The position numbers and the translations under genes are program-made. From assembly GCA_045863235.1 (NCBI GenBank), contig BTUM01000043.1:1-64000 (forward strand): a stretch of 64,000 bases of DNA. Reading direction: 5' to 3'. Below the pieces are notes generated by a model. It saw only the letters and a program-made list of their open reading frames with translations, was not told where the DNA came from and did not search any database. The DNA comes from Candidatus Xenobia bacterium. Its GTDB lineage: Bacteria > Vulcanimicrobiota > Xenobia > Xenobiales > QWHO01. Position 1 is the first letter of the stretch; each line of letters begins with the position of its first letter. Below are positions 1 through 9,043 of the stretch, one piece after another.

Positions 1-60
1 GACCTGGCCTCCGGGGCAGGCCTGACCTCCGGGGCTGACCTGGCCTCCGGGGCAGACCTG
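1..60. repeat. 18-bp tandem repeat (encodes RSAPEA-like units) inside the DUF222 ORF
   Basis: gacctggcctccggggca / ...gacctccggggct / gacctggcctccggggca, period 18. Confidence 0.85.
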
Positions 61-1148
61 GTCGAAGAGGCAGAATCCAGCTCAAAGGCAGACTGCAGAG
101 CGACTTCAGCGCCAGAACGCGCCTCGGCCATCGGCGGACCGGCGTCCTGGCAGCAGACAACCTCGCTGGCGACTTCGAGTGCCTGCTCTACCTCTTCAGG
201 TGTGGCCGGCAAAAGACCCCGTCGGGTGTCAAACCATCCGCGCCCGGTCGAGCCGTCTACCCGCACGACCACGGGCAGCCTGGCCCGGGCGGCACCATCG
301 GCGCCGGCGAGAACTCGCCTGGCCAGTTCGGTCAGCACCTGGTTGCGAGAGATTCTTCGGCCGCGCTGTTGGCGGATGCGATCCTCAGCCCGCTCGTAGA
401 GTGCAAAGTCTTCCGCTGTAAGGGTAAAAACCAGCTTGACCAGCGTCGGCGAGGCAGGGGCCAGGGCTTCCTCGCATGGGCCGGCCGTCGTAGCCGGACA
501 TTGCTCGACCACGACAGGGGCATCCGAACTCTCTTGCGGGGAACCGGCCAGTTGGCGAAGTGACTCCGACCCCGCCCGGGTCCGGCTCGAACTCTCCTCC
601 AAAGAACCCGTTGCCAGTTGGCGAACTGCATCCGATCCCGCCTGGGCCGGCGGGCTCGAACTGTCCTCCTGAGAACAGGTGGTGGATAGCAGGCGAATTT
701 GTTCCGATTCGGCTGCCAGGGCCGCCCGGCGTGCCTTGAGGCCACGTGGACTGACGGAGACGGACCTCTCCACCTCGTCGGTGTTGTGGGAGAGAGCATA
801 GGCCAGCCAATGCTGTTCGTTCTCCGCCGTTGCGACCCGAGTAATCTCGCGCACCTTCCCCCAGCTCAAATCGCCACGCTGAAAGGCGGCCGCCAGGGCC
901 GGCAGACCCAGCAGCGCGCGGGTAGCACGGACCAGCTCATAGGCTTTGGGCCGGGTCAGACCCACGACTCTGACCGCATACTGGATGATACCGCTGCACT
1001 CGGACTGGAGATGAAGCTGTCTCTGCTCGATGGCCAGCAAGGCCAGGCCCAGACTCCACAAGCATGTATCCAGCTTACGCCGCAGGGCCCGGGCTCGCTG
1101 GCAAAGCTCCGATTCAGGCAACCCTAGCAGAGGAGTAAGAGGACCCAT
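1..1148 (-). CDS. DUF222 (13E12-repeat-like) protein, probably with a C-terminal HNH nuclease beyond the window edge; 3' truncated
   Basis: Not in the ORF track. Hand translation from ATG 1148 stays open to base 1: MGPLTPLLGLPESELCQRARALRRKLD...LPALAAAFQRGDLSWGKVREITRVATAENEQHWLAYA, which fits the DUF222 core pattern. The HNH domain is inferred, not seen. Confidence 0.75.
   Translation of the reverse strand, partial: MGPLTPLLGLPESELCQRARALRRKLDTCLWSLGLALLAIEQRQLHLQSECSGIIQYAVRVVGLTRPKAYELVRATRALLGLPALAAAFQRGDLSWGKVREITRVATAENEQHWLAYALSHNTDEVERSVSVSPRGLKARRAALAAESEQIRLLSTTCSQEDSSSPPAQAGSDAVRQLATGSLEESSSRTRAGSESLRQLAGSPQESSDAPVVVEQCPATTAGPCEEALAPASPTLVKLVFTLTAEDFALYERAEDRIRQQRGRRISRNQVLTELARRVLAGADGAARARLPVVVRVDGSTGRGWFDTRRGLLPATPEEVEQALEVASEVVCCQDAGPPMAEARSGAEVALQSAFELDSASSTRSAPEARSAPEVRPAPEAR
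525..676. repeat. Degenerate 63-69 bp tandem repeat in the DUF222 linker
   Basis: cgaact(c/g)tc at 525, 588 and 657; gccagttggcgaa occurs twice. Confidence 0.75.
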
Positions 1149-1272
1149 CGTGAAGTTTCCTTTCTGCGAAACTTTTCAGTCAGTCATAAATTTCGCTAAA
1201 CAAAATGAAATCCTGCGATCAAACGTTCGATTTTTGACAAAAAAAAAATTCAAGCCGAGTACCCGGCGGGTA

Positions 1273-1286
1273 CAAACACTTGTTTG
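1273..1286. promoter_or_regulatory. Possible LexA/SOS box (CAAAC-N4-GTTTG)
   Basis: Palindrome resembling the Gram-positive CGAAC-N4-GTTCG box, in an AT-rich region about 125 bp upstream of the DUF222 gene. Confidence 0.4.
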
Positions 1287-1337
1287 CGCGAGCGGGGTCG
1301 CATCGCAGGAGCCATTCAGATTCAACAGGTCTTCGAA

Positions 1338-1452
1338 CTAGGATGGAGCCATTGGCGGCTAGAAGTCCGGCCGCACCGCCACCACAAGATGTTGCAGGCG
1401 GAGGACTTCTAGCACAATATGTTGGGCGTGGGGTTTCCGGCTGCGCTCCTAG
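1338..1452 (+). repeat. Dispersed repeat copy A (MITE/IS-end-like, CTAG-flanked)
   Basis: ccgccaccacaagatgttg...tagcacaatatgttgggcgt...ggtttccggctgcgctcctag; internal inverted repeat gctagaagtcc/ggacttctagc; blocks shared with copies at 26250, 35262 and 39524. Confidence 0.8.
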
Positions 1453-1717
1453 ACTTCGTCGAATGGACCGCGCCAGGTAACGTGCGGAGATGGTCCTGAG
1501 CCCGGCGACGCCAGAGCGGTGGTCAGCAGGCGCTCTCGGCTGTCCAGAGCTCAGCCGTCCGAACAAGGAGGGTGGTCACCATCGGCCCGACCGAACCACC
1601 ATCCAGAGCGTGACTCGTCAGCCGACGCGTCCAGAGCGGGGGCGCACTCTTCCGGTACCTGTCCGTCGCTGCCACGCTGCGCCCGCTCTGGACGTTTTGT
1701 CCGTCGGCGACTCCGGC

Positions 1718-2626
1718 TCAGCAGGAGCGCAGGCTCTGCAGCCGCTCCTCCAGCGGCGGGTGGGTGCCATGCTGAGGGCTGCTTCCCACGGCCTTGAGCA
1801 GAGCCGACTCTGCCTTTTCCACGGGAATCCCCTCGGCTCGCAAAATGCCTACCGCGTAACAGTCGGCCGCCTTCTCGTGGGTCCGGGACATGGCCTCGTA
1901 ATCCCTGGCAAAGGGCTCGCGCATGAACGGCACGGACATGATCCAGCCCACCTGGTCGAGGTAGGAAGCTCGGGTCGCACCGTGGCGTAGCTCGACGTGC
2001 CCGAGCTCGTGGCCTCCCACGAACAAGAGCTCCTCGTCATCGAGCCGGCTGGCCAGGTTGCGCTCGATCAACAGGGCGCCGTTGGAACAGGCCTGGGCGT
2101 TCACCCGGTTGTTGTTCTCCAGATGAACCTGATAAGGAATTTCGCCACGCCTGGCGTGGGTGAGGAGGGTCTGCCCCACGCGGGCGACGCGCTGCTCCTG
2201 CTCGGCATCCCGAGCCGGACGGCCTGAGGTGGCCTTACGCTGGCACTGCGAGCCCAACTCCAGCTCCTGCTCGAGGGTCACCTGCGTTGGATCGGCGACG
2301 ATAGGATGGTTAGCGTGAAGAGCTGTGCCGGCAAAATGCAAACTCATGCCCACGGCCACGCAACCGGCCAGGAACAGGCCGCCGGCATAACGCTTCCAGA
2401 AGGATTCACGTCCCTCGCACTCCCCCCCGCCGGGACCACCCGTCTCAGACGGCGCCAGGCAGGGCTCGCCGCTCAGGCCATTCGGGCCTGGCACGCTTGG
2501 GCACCGGACCGCGTCGCTCGTCCAATCGTCCGAACCCTCCTGGCCCGCGCCAACGCAAGATCCCAGGGTTGCTCGCGTCGAAACGACCCCAGCCCAGTGC
2601 GCTCCGCCAAATCCGTGGATTTGCAT
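1718..2626 (-). CDS. M48-family zinc metallopeptidase with a low-complexity N-terminus and one TM segment
   Basis: VNAQA, GHELGH (HExxH), EKAADCYA, THPPLEERL. Start placed at ATG 2626 (TAGTCT 7 nt upstream). Confidence 0.85.
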   Translation of the reverse strand: MQIHGFGGAHWAGVVSTRATLGSCVGAGQEGSDDWTSDAVRCPSVPGPNGLSGEPCLAPSETGGPGGGECEGRESFWKRYAGGLFLAGCVAVGMSLHFAGTALHANHPIVADPTQVTLEQELELGSQCQRKATSGRPARDAEQEQRVARVGQTLLTHARRGEIPYQVHLENNNRVNAQACSNGALLIERNLASRLDDEELLFVGGHELGHVELRHGATRASYLDQVGWIMSVPFMREPFARDYEAMSRTHEKAADCYAVGILRAEGIPVEKAESALLKAVGSSPQHGTHPPLEERLQSLRSC

Positions 2627-2667
2627 GTCTACCAGACTAGACCCCCAAGCCGAACAAGTTCTGAAAA

Positions 2668-2702
2668 GCAAGAAAACCCGAACCTGCAGCAGGCCGGGTC
2701 TC
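2668..2702 (-). terminator. Probable intrinsic terminator after infA
   Basis: Minus strand acccggcctg-ctg-caggttcgggt followed by tttctt. Confidence 0.55.
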
Positions 2703-2721
2703 CGAGGCGAGGGGCGGAGCC

Positions 2722-2943
2722 TTACTTGAAGCGGTAGGTGATGCGACCACGCGTGAGGTCGTAGGGGGAAAGCTCCACAGTCACCTTGTCGCCAGGAAGG
2801 ATGCGGATGAAATGGCGCCGGATCTTTCCGGACACGTGGGCCAGTACGCGGTGCCCATTGGGCAGCTCCACGCCGAAGCGGGCGTTGGGGAAAGCTTCCA
2901 CAACCGTGCCTTCGACTTCGATGGCTTCTTCCTTATCGGACAT
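2722..2943 (-). CDS. infA: Translation initiation factor IF-1
   Basis: [23 protein letters not shown]...[33 protein letters not shown]. Confidence 0.99.
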   Translation of the reverse strand: MSDKEEAIEVEGTVVEAFPNARFGVELPNGHRVLAHVSGKIRRHFIRILPGDKVTVELSPYDLTRGRITYRFK

Positions 2944-3020
2944 GCGGCTTTACCTCCTTTCTTGCATCGGTTCCAAACAGAAGACCCCGGCCCCGCGGCC
3001 GCGGTCGTTTGTTCGCCGAC

Positions 3021-3049
3021 ATTATGAACGAACAGCCCTGAAAATGCAA
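3021..3049 (-). promoter_or_regulatory. sigma70-type promoter of infA
   Basis: TTGCAT-N17-CATAAT on the minus strand. Confidence 0.7.
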
Positions 3050-3099
3050 CCCCCCGCAGTTTTTGGCGATTTTTCAGAGCTCGAGCCTATCCTCAGGCT

Positions 3100-4548
3100 A
3101 TGCATGTGCTGCCCACGGCTGCCACCACTCCGCCCGAGCGCTCGCGCGGCTTGTTTAGCTCCACCAAAGACAAGCTGACTGACATCATCGGGGGAGTGAC
3201 CGACGATCGTATTCAGATCGATCTCTCCGGCCCGGAGTACCAGAACATCGAGCCCCGCCAGGCCGACCAGATGCTGGGCTTTTTCACCGAAAAGCTCAAG
3301 GAGCAGGGCTTCCCCTGGCGGCTGCGAGCGGCCGAGCTGCAAGAGGACGGGCAGCTCAAGATGCGCCAGAAGATCAGCCTGCATGACGCCATTCACGCCC
3401 TGGAAAAGGGTGAGGCCATCTTCCTCGAGCCCATGCGAAAGCTCAACATGTCCATCAACGCCGACAGCCTGACAGCCATGGCCATGGCCGGTGGCGCGGT
3501 GGGCGGAGCGGCCGCCGAGGGGATCAAGCAGACCGCCACCGGCGCCAAGGACGCCAAGCTGGGCGCCAGCAACGGCATCGAGGTCAAGTTTGGAGCCCCC
3601 ATCGCCGTCTCCAACCACGCCGAGCTCAAGCTCGTCTACCAGATGTACAACCCCGAAGAGAAGATGAGCGAAACCAACCCGGTGGCCAAGGCGGCTCACC
3701 AGCTCTCCTCCTTCACCACCAAGCGCATGGGCTCGAACTACCCCTGGCGCTTCTACAAGAAGGCCGATACGAACTTGCTCGTGCGCGTGGCCAAAGCCAG
3801 TCTGAAGGCCGGGGTCAACGGGGCCCTCTTCGGGGGCGTCACGGGCGCCATCATCGGAGGCCTGGCGGGCGGGATCTTCGGCAACTGGCAGCTCTGGGAG
3901 CCCTTCGCCAAGTTGGGCGCCCTGGCTGCCGGCGGGTGGTCCACCCTCAACGCCGGTCGCATGGCCGCCAAGGGCGACCCGTTGAACGTGGTGGAGGCCC
4001 TCGAGCGCATCACCCACGGCCAGCCCGTGGTGCTTCAGGAGACACAGATCCACACCGCCACCGTGCCCTTCTTCGGCAGCATCAACTGGTTCAGCGACCG
4101 GGACGTGGGCTCCACGGTGGACACGGTGCAGTCGCTGGACCGGCTCTACTGGGTGCTTAACCCCGACAAGAAGGTCGAGGAGAAGAAGGAAGAGCCCAAG
4201 CCGCAGCCCAAAAAGGACGTCCAGGTCATCGTGCAGCCGGGCGGAACCCTGCACATGCACGTGGGCGACGACATCCAGATCGGCGACCAGTTGCAGGTGG
4301 GCGACCGGGTCCACGTCGAGCGCCACCGCCACGACCACACCCATCTCGAGGGGGAGGTCAAGGTCGAGCAGCACACCCACCTCGAGGGCAGCAACATCGC
4401 CGTCGCCGAGGACCACACCCACTACGAGGGTGGCATCAAGGTCGAGCATCACGACCATCACAATGCCACCCTGAACCACAGCCCGGTGACCATCGAGGGC
4501 TCGCGCGACGAGCACGTGCACGTGGGCCTCCTGACCGGCAAGAAGTGA
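3100..4548 (+). CDS. Hypothetical protein: duplicated N-terminal module, glycine-zipper hydrophobic segment, His-rich beta-repeat C-terminus
   Basis: 482-aa ORF with host-like codon use; PWR...LE/IxxG module twice; GALFGGVTGAIIGGLAGG; repeated HTHLEG/HTHYEG. Confidence 0.85.
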   Translation: MHVLPTAATTPPERSRGLFSSTKDKLTDIIGGVTDDRIQIDLSGPEYQNIEPRQADQMLGFFTEKLKEQGFPWRLRAAELQEDGQLKMRQKISLHDAIHALEKGEAIFLEPMRKLNMSINADSLTAMAMAGGAVGGAAAEGIKQTATGAKDAKLGASNGIEVKFGAPIAVSNHAELKLVYQMYNPEEKMSETNPVAKAAHQLSSFTTKRMGSNYPWRFYKKADTNLLVRVAKASLKAGVNGALFGGVTGAIIGGLAGGIFGNWQLWEPFAKLGALAAGGWSTLNAGRMAAKGDPLNVVEALERITHGQPVVLQETQIHTATVPFFGSINWFSDRDVGSTVDTVQSLDRLYWVLNPDKKVEEKKEEPKPQPKKDVQVIVQPGGTLHMHVGDDIQIGDQLQVGDRVHVERHRHDHTHLEGEVKVEQHTHLEGSNIAVAEDHTHYEGGIKVEHHDHHNATLNHSPVTIEGSRDEHVHVGLLTGKK

Positions 4549-4549
4549 C

Positions 4550-6115
4550 TTGGAGCGCTACCGGGATGAGCTGCGCCGGGGCCTGATCAACGTCGCTCTC
4601 AAGTGGGGTGAGGGCTACGATCGCAACGGCAATCCCTACGCCTGGATGGTGGACACCCGCGAGCTATTGCTCCAGGGGCCCTACCTTCATTACGCGGCGC
4701 GTTTGTTGTGGGAGCGCCTCAAGCCCTATCGTCCCGAGGTGGTGGCCGGCATGACCCTGGCTGCCAACCCCCTGGTCATCGCGCTCATGTACGAGAGCCG
4801 TCAGGACGGGCTACCGGTGAACGGGGCGATCGTCCGCCGCGCCCCCAAGGAGGACGGCCTGCGCAAGCTGGTGGAGGGCCCCCTTATCCCGGCCGGTGCA
4901 CGGGTGGCCATCCTGGATGATCTGGTCAACGCCGGCCACACCCAGAGACAGGCCATGCAGGCCATCGCGCCCTTTGATTGCCGGGTGGTGGCGGTGGGAG
5001 TGCTGATCGATTACCTGAAGGAAGGCTCCCTCTGGCTTCGCGAGCTCGAGATCCCCCTGGAATCGCTCTTTACCCTGCCCGAGCTGGGAGTCACCCTCGA
5101 GAGGGAGTTGCCAACCGATGCGGCCCGACTGGCCTGGACCTTCGAGGGTCTGAACTCGGGCCGGTACAACGCTCCCAAGTCCACCCCGGCAGTCACCCCT
5201 GAGGCGCTCTACGTGGGCAGCGATCAGGGCTTCCTGGTGGCCCTCTCTCCTCAGGGCCAGGAGCTATGGCGTTACCCGGTGCGCGATCAGGAACGCGGCG
5301 TCCATTCCTCGCCCCTCTGGCTGGATGGACGGGTCTACTTCGGAGCCTACGATGGTTACCTCTACTGCGTGGAAGAGGGCCGGCTGGTCTGGGAGACGCG
5401 CCCGGGGCAGTGGATCGGCTCCTCGCCCGCTCACCACGATGGGTTGATCTACGTGGGCATCGAGTACGGCGAGGCGGGCGGAAGCCTGCTGGCAGTGGAA
5501 GCAGCCACCGGCCGGCAGCGCTGGGAGCTCAAGGCCGGTCACTACATCCACTCCTCTCCCTTCGTGGATGAGCCACGCGGCCAGGTCATCGTAGGTGCCA
5601 ACGACGGCCTGGTGCGGGCGGCCGACCTGGTCAGCGGTGAGCTGCGCTGGGAGTTCGAGACAGGCGGCCCCATCAAGGGCCAGCCGGTGGTGGATCCGGA
5701 CGGAACCGTCTTCGTGGCTTCCTTCGACGGCCAACTCTACGCGCTCTCGGCCGGGACGGGTCGGGAGCTGTGGCGACGCCGCCTTTCCTTCCAGCTGTAC
5801 AACACGCCCCTGATCTACGAGAGCCTGGTCGTCGCGGGCGGGAGCTCGGGGCGATTGCTGGCCCTGGACCGAGCTACCGGCGAGGTGCGCTGGGTGGCGC
5901 CCACCGGGGCCTCCATGGTGGGGGGTGCAGCCCTGGTGGGACGCGACCTTCTGGCCGCGGCCGGCACGAACGGCCAGGTCTTCCTCTACACGGCCTCGAC
6001 CGGCCAACCCCGCTGGAGCTTTTCGACCGGCGTCCAGGTCATGGGCACCCCGGCGGCCACCGAAGGCGGCTTCTGCCTGGCGACCTTCAATGCCCTCTAC
6101 AGCTTCAGCCTGTGA
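4550..6115 (+). CDS. Orotate-phosphoribosyltransferase-like domain fused to a PQQ/BamB-type beta-propeller
   Basis: IVRRAPKEDG, VAILDDLVNAGHT (PRPP loop); repeated SSP...vyvGs.DG.lya....G...W blades. Confidence 0.85.
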   Translation: MERYRDELRRGLINVALKWGEGYDRNGNPYAWMVDTRELLLQGPYLHYAARLLWERLKPYRPEVVAGMTLAANPLVIALMYESRQDGLPVNGAIVRRAPKEDGLRKLVEGPLIPAGARVAILDDLVNAGHTQRQAMQAIAPFDCRVVAVGVLIDYLKEGSLWLRELEIPLESLFTLPELGVTLERELPTDAARLAWTFEGLNSGRYNAPKSTPAVTPEALYVGSDQGFLVALSPQGQELWRYPVRDQERGVHSSPLWLDGRVYFGAYDGYLYCVEEGRLVWETRPGQWIGSSPAHHDGLIYVGIEYGEAGGSLLAVEAATGRQRWELKAGHYIHSSPFVDEPRGQVIVGANDGLVRAADLVSGELRWEFETGGPIKGQPVVDPDGTVFVASFDGQLYALSAGTGRELWRRRLSFQLYNTPLIYESLVVAGGSSGRLLALDRATGEVRWVAPTGASMVGGAALVGRDLLAAAGTNGQVFLYTASTGQPRWSFSTGVQVMGTPAATEGGFCLATFNALYSFSL

Positions 6116-7991
6116 TGCCACCTTCCAACCAGCTGCTGTCCGCCTCGGGCGTCAGGGCGGCATGCGTCTCGCCCAATCGCAGTAAGAGCTCGCGCACGTC
6201 CTCGAGAGCCTCGGCGTGATCTTGCACCGAGCCCGTTCCCTGCGCGAGCAGGGCGGCCAGGGTGGATTCCAGGCTCTTGACGTGAACCTCGAACTCCGAG
6301 GCCACCCGCTCGAGCTCCCCATCCTCGCCCACCGCCTGCTGGTTAGCCTTGCTCCAGGCGGCCAGGCGACGCGAGGCGTCCCGCACCACCTGATGGCACT
6401 GGGTCAAAAGCGGACGAATCACAGTCAGCTCCTGCTCGGTCTCCAGGGCCCGGGTGAACCGGTCGAACAGGCTGCCCGCCTTGACCGTGGCTGTGTCTTC
6501 CTCGTTCTCGCCCTCGTCCGGCCAGACCAGGCGAGCGCCGCAACCGCTGCAGTTGCGAATCTTCTGGTTTTTCAACCCGCACTGAAAGCAGGTCACCAGG
6601 TCTTTCTCCTCCTGCAGCAGGCGAATCGTCTCCCGGCACCAGAGCCAGCGGTCGAAGGCCTCCTCCAGCTCGCGCAGGGCGGCGGCCAGGGCGGTCCGAT
6701 CGTCAGCCTCGGCCGCGTCGCGCAGCTTCTCGAACGAGGCCAGAGGGGCGCTGACGGCCGCTTGCAGGGCGTCGTGCTCGAGCGCCTTGAGGCTGGACAG
6801 CTCTCCCTCCAGCTCGGTCGCTTCCAGGTAGCACTGCTCCAGCTTGCCCAGCAAGAACGGGCGTGGAACGCTGCCGGCATACCAGCCTTTGACCGCCTCA
6901 CGCAGCTCCTCCAGCAGCGGATCGGCGGCAAACGAGCGGCTCTGCGGCCCTTTCTCGACCCAGGCCTTCTTCTTGTTCAGCAGCTCCTGACCCAGTCGAA
7001 ACAGCTCCATGAGCTTGCGCTCGGAAGGCTCGGCCCGGGCCCCGGCCAGGGTCGTCTCGAAGCGCTCGAGCACAGGGCGAACGGTGCCCTCCCAGGTCTG
7101 CTCACCGCGCTGCGAGAGCAGCACGGTATCGTGAAAGCGCTGGCAGTCGGCCCGCTGCTCCTCGAGAAAGCCCTGCAGCCTGACGAAGTGCGCTTCCAGG
7201 CGCTCGGGGGTGGCTCCACCTCGGGCCGCCCGCGCGAACGCGTCCAGCACCGCCACCTCGGAGAAGCCCTCCTGGCGGCGCACCTGAGCCACGGCATTGA
7301 AGCTCGAGTTGAGGTCGATGGCGGCGTTCTGGAGCAGCTTGACGGCCTCGGCCAGGCTCTCGCGGCGGCCAGCTGGGTCCTCCAGAAAGTGGACCAGCGC
7401 CCCCACCGCCTGCTCGAAGGTTGTCAGAGCGCCCTGAATGCGCTGGGCTACCGCCTGGTTGTGCGGGTAGCTCTCGCGAAAAACCTGGCCTTCAGCCTCG
7501 TAGGCCTGGTGCAGCTTGACCAGATCGGCCACGCGTGCCCCCAGGAGCTCGTGGTCGCCCAGTCCATCGCGAATGGCGCGCACCGCTTTGAGGGCGTCGT
7601 CCAGCGCGGGAATGGGAACGTCCTGGGGCAACAGGCGGCGCTCGCGTTCGAGCTGCTCGGACAGGGTCGCGATCTGAAAGGAGAGCTCTTGCAGCCGCTT
7701 GCCCGACGCCACCAGGGGATCGCGCTTGGGATTGGCCAGCTCGGCGGAAAGCTCACCCAGCAGAGCTTCGCGCTGATCCAGCTGGGTCAACAGCTGGTCG
7801 GCCAGGGCCACCAGGCGCTCGTGCCCCAGCACCACCCCTCGGGTCAAGCGGGCCAGGTTCCGCGAACGCTGGTGCCGATCCTGAGCGGCGGCCACCAGCT
7901 CCAGGCATTGAGAGCCGGCCAGAGTGCCTTCCAGCACCATCACCAGGCCCTCCACCAGGGCCGAAATCTCGCGCGCATAGCGTGGTGTCAT
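6105..7991 (-). CDS. Hypothetical alpha-helical protein with a zinc ribbon
   Basis: 628 aa; CFQC...CSGC; 4-bp overlap with the upstream kinase. Confidence 0.75.
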   Translation of the reverse strand: MTPRYAREISALVEGLVMVLEGTLAGSQCLELVAAAQDRHQRSRNLARLTRGVVLGHERLVALADQLLTQLDQREALLGELSAELANPKRDPLVASGKRLQELSFQIATLSEQLERERRLLPQDVPIPALDDALKAVRAIRDGLGDHELLGARVADLVKLHQAYEAEGQVFRESYPHNQAVAQRIQGALTTFEQAVGALVHFLEDPAGRRESLAEAVKLLQNAAIDLNSSFNAVAQVRRQEGFSEVAVLDAFARAARGGATPERLEAHFVRLQGFLEEQRADCQRFHDTVLLSQRGEQTWEGTVRPVLERFETTLAGARAEPSERKLMELFRLGQELLNKKKAWVEKGPQSRSFAADPLLEELREAVKGWYAGSVPRPFLLGKLEQCYLEATELEGELSSLKALEHDALQAAVSAPLASFEKLRDAAEADDRTALAAALRELEEAFDRWLWCRETIRLLQEEKDLVTCFQCGLKNQKIRNCSGCGARLVWPDEGENEEDTATVKAGSLFDRFTRALETEQELTVIRPLLTQCHQVVRDASRRLAAWSKANQQAVGEDGELERVASEFEVHVKSLESTLAALLAQGTGSVQDHAEALEDVRELLLRLGETHAALTPEADSSWLEGGITG

Positions 7992-8917
7992 GCTACCTCC
8001 CCCAGCTCGGACAGACGTTCTTTGATACCCGACAGCGACCCGTGCCGCTTCAGGCGGCGCCAGGAGTCGGGCTGGAGAAGGTCCGACAAGACCTCCTCGA
8101 TCCCCTGCCTCACCGGCGAGTCAACCGCAACTGCCGGGACGAAACGAAGCTCAGGCGCTCGGGCGACGTAGTGCTCGTAGACGGCTCGAAAGTCCACCCG
8201 GGGACAGGGCAACCCTTGCTGCAGACAAGTGCGGAAGAACTGCTCGATCTGGCGCGTATAGAGACTGTAGAGAAAGCTCAGCTCGCTGAGCCGAAACAGG
8301 TTACTTCGGGTGTAGAGCGTGTAGAGCACGGCCCCCAGCGAGTAGGCATCGCCCATCTCCCCGCTCTCGATGTGGAACAATCGCTCGGGAGCGGCATACT
8401 CGGGGTCGCCGTGGGCAAACCAGAAGTCGGGGGTGGGACCCTCCTGGGCCGTGCGGGCCAGGCCCAGGTCGGCGATTCGTGGTCGCAGGGTCAGGTCAAG
8501 CAAGATGTTGGAGGGGGCCAGGTCTCGGTGGAGCACTCCGGCCTGGTGCAGACAGTCGAGACCATCGGCCAGGGCGGCGCCGATGTCCAGCAACTGGCGT
8601 GCCGAGTAACCTCCCCGGGCCACCAGCTCGGCCAGGGAACCACCCGTCACCAGCTCCATCGCGAAATAGAGCGTGCCATCGGGCAACTCGGCCAGGGGAG
8701 CCTTGAGAGCCATCACCGCCGGGTGCTCGACGGCCGCCAGGGCGGCCGCTTCCGAGCGAAAGCGAGCGCTCTGCTGGGGGGTCTGGCGGTCGGGCCGCAT
8801 GACCTTGACGGCCAGATCCCCTTCGGCTTCGTATACCTCGCCGTAGCTGCCCCGGCCGAGCAGTCGCCGGACCTGAAAGGGACCGATCGCAGAGATCATT
8901 GTGGTCCGCAGTTCCAC
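7988..8917 (-). CDS. Hanks-type Ser/Thr protein kinase
   Basis: LGRGSYGEVY, AVKVM, HRDLAPSNIL, DLG, YAAPE; the start could instead be ATG 8899. Confidence 0.93.
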   Translation of the reverse strand: MELRTTMISAIGPFQVRRLLGRGSYGEVYEAEGDLAVKVMRPDRQTPQQSARFRSEAAALAAVEHPAVMALKAPLAELPDGTLYFAMELVTGGSLAELVARGGYSARQLLDIGAALADGLDCLHQAGVLHRDLAPSNILLDLTLRPRIADLGLARTAQEGPTPDFWFAHGDPEYAAPERLFHIESGEMGDAYSLGAVLYTLYTRSNLFRLSELSFLYSLYTRQIEQFFRTCLQQGLPCPRVDFRAVYEHYVARAPELRFVPAVAVDSPVRQGIEEVLSDLLQPDSWRRLKRHGSLSGIKERLSELGEVA

Positions 8918-9043
8918 CCGCGAGAGTTCACAACCTGTTCACCAACAGTTAACCGTTTGTTCATTCACCATCTCCGTTACAAAAGCGACTCCTCATCCGC
9001 CGGGCGCTATCCTGAAGCCGTCAGGTGCGCTGGGAGGACAAAG

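Noticed and set aside
4490..4548. IEGSRDEHVHVGLLTGKK as a seventh copy of the C-terminal motif
   Set aside because: Spacing is off by one and there is no GGV; better explained as part of the His-rich repeat
8926..8970. Repeated gttca motifs in the divergent kinase/SPM intergenic region
   Set aside because: Could be an operator, but too short and irregular to support a call
7982..9043. N-terminal 354 aa of the 695-aa track ORF
   Set aside because: Antisense to the kinase gene; the RBS supports ATG 9044
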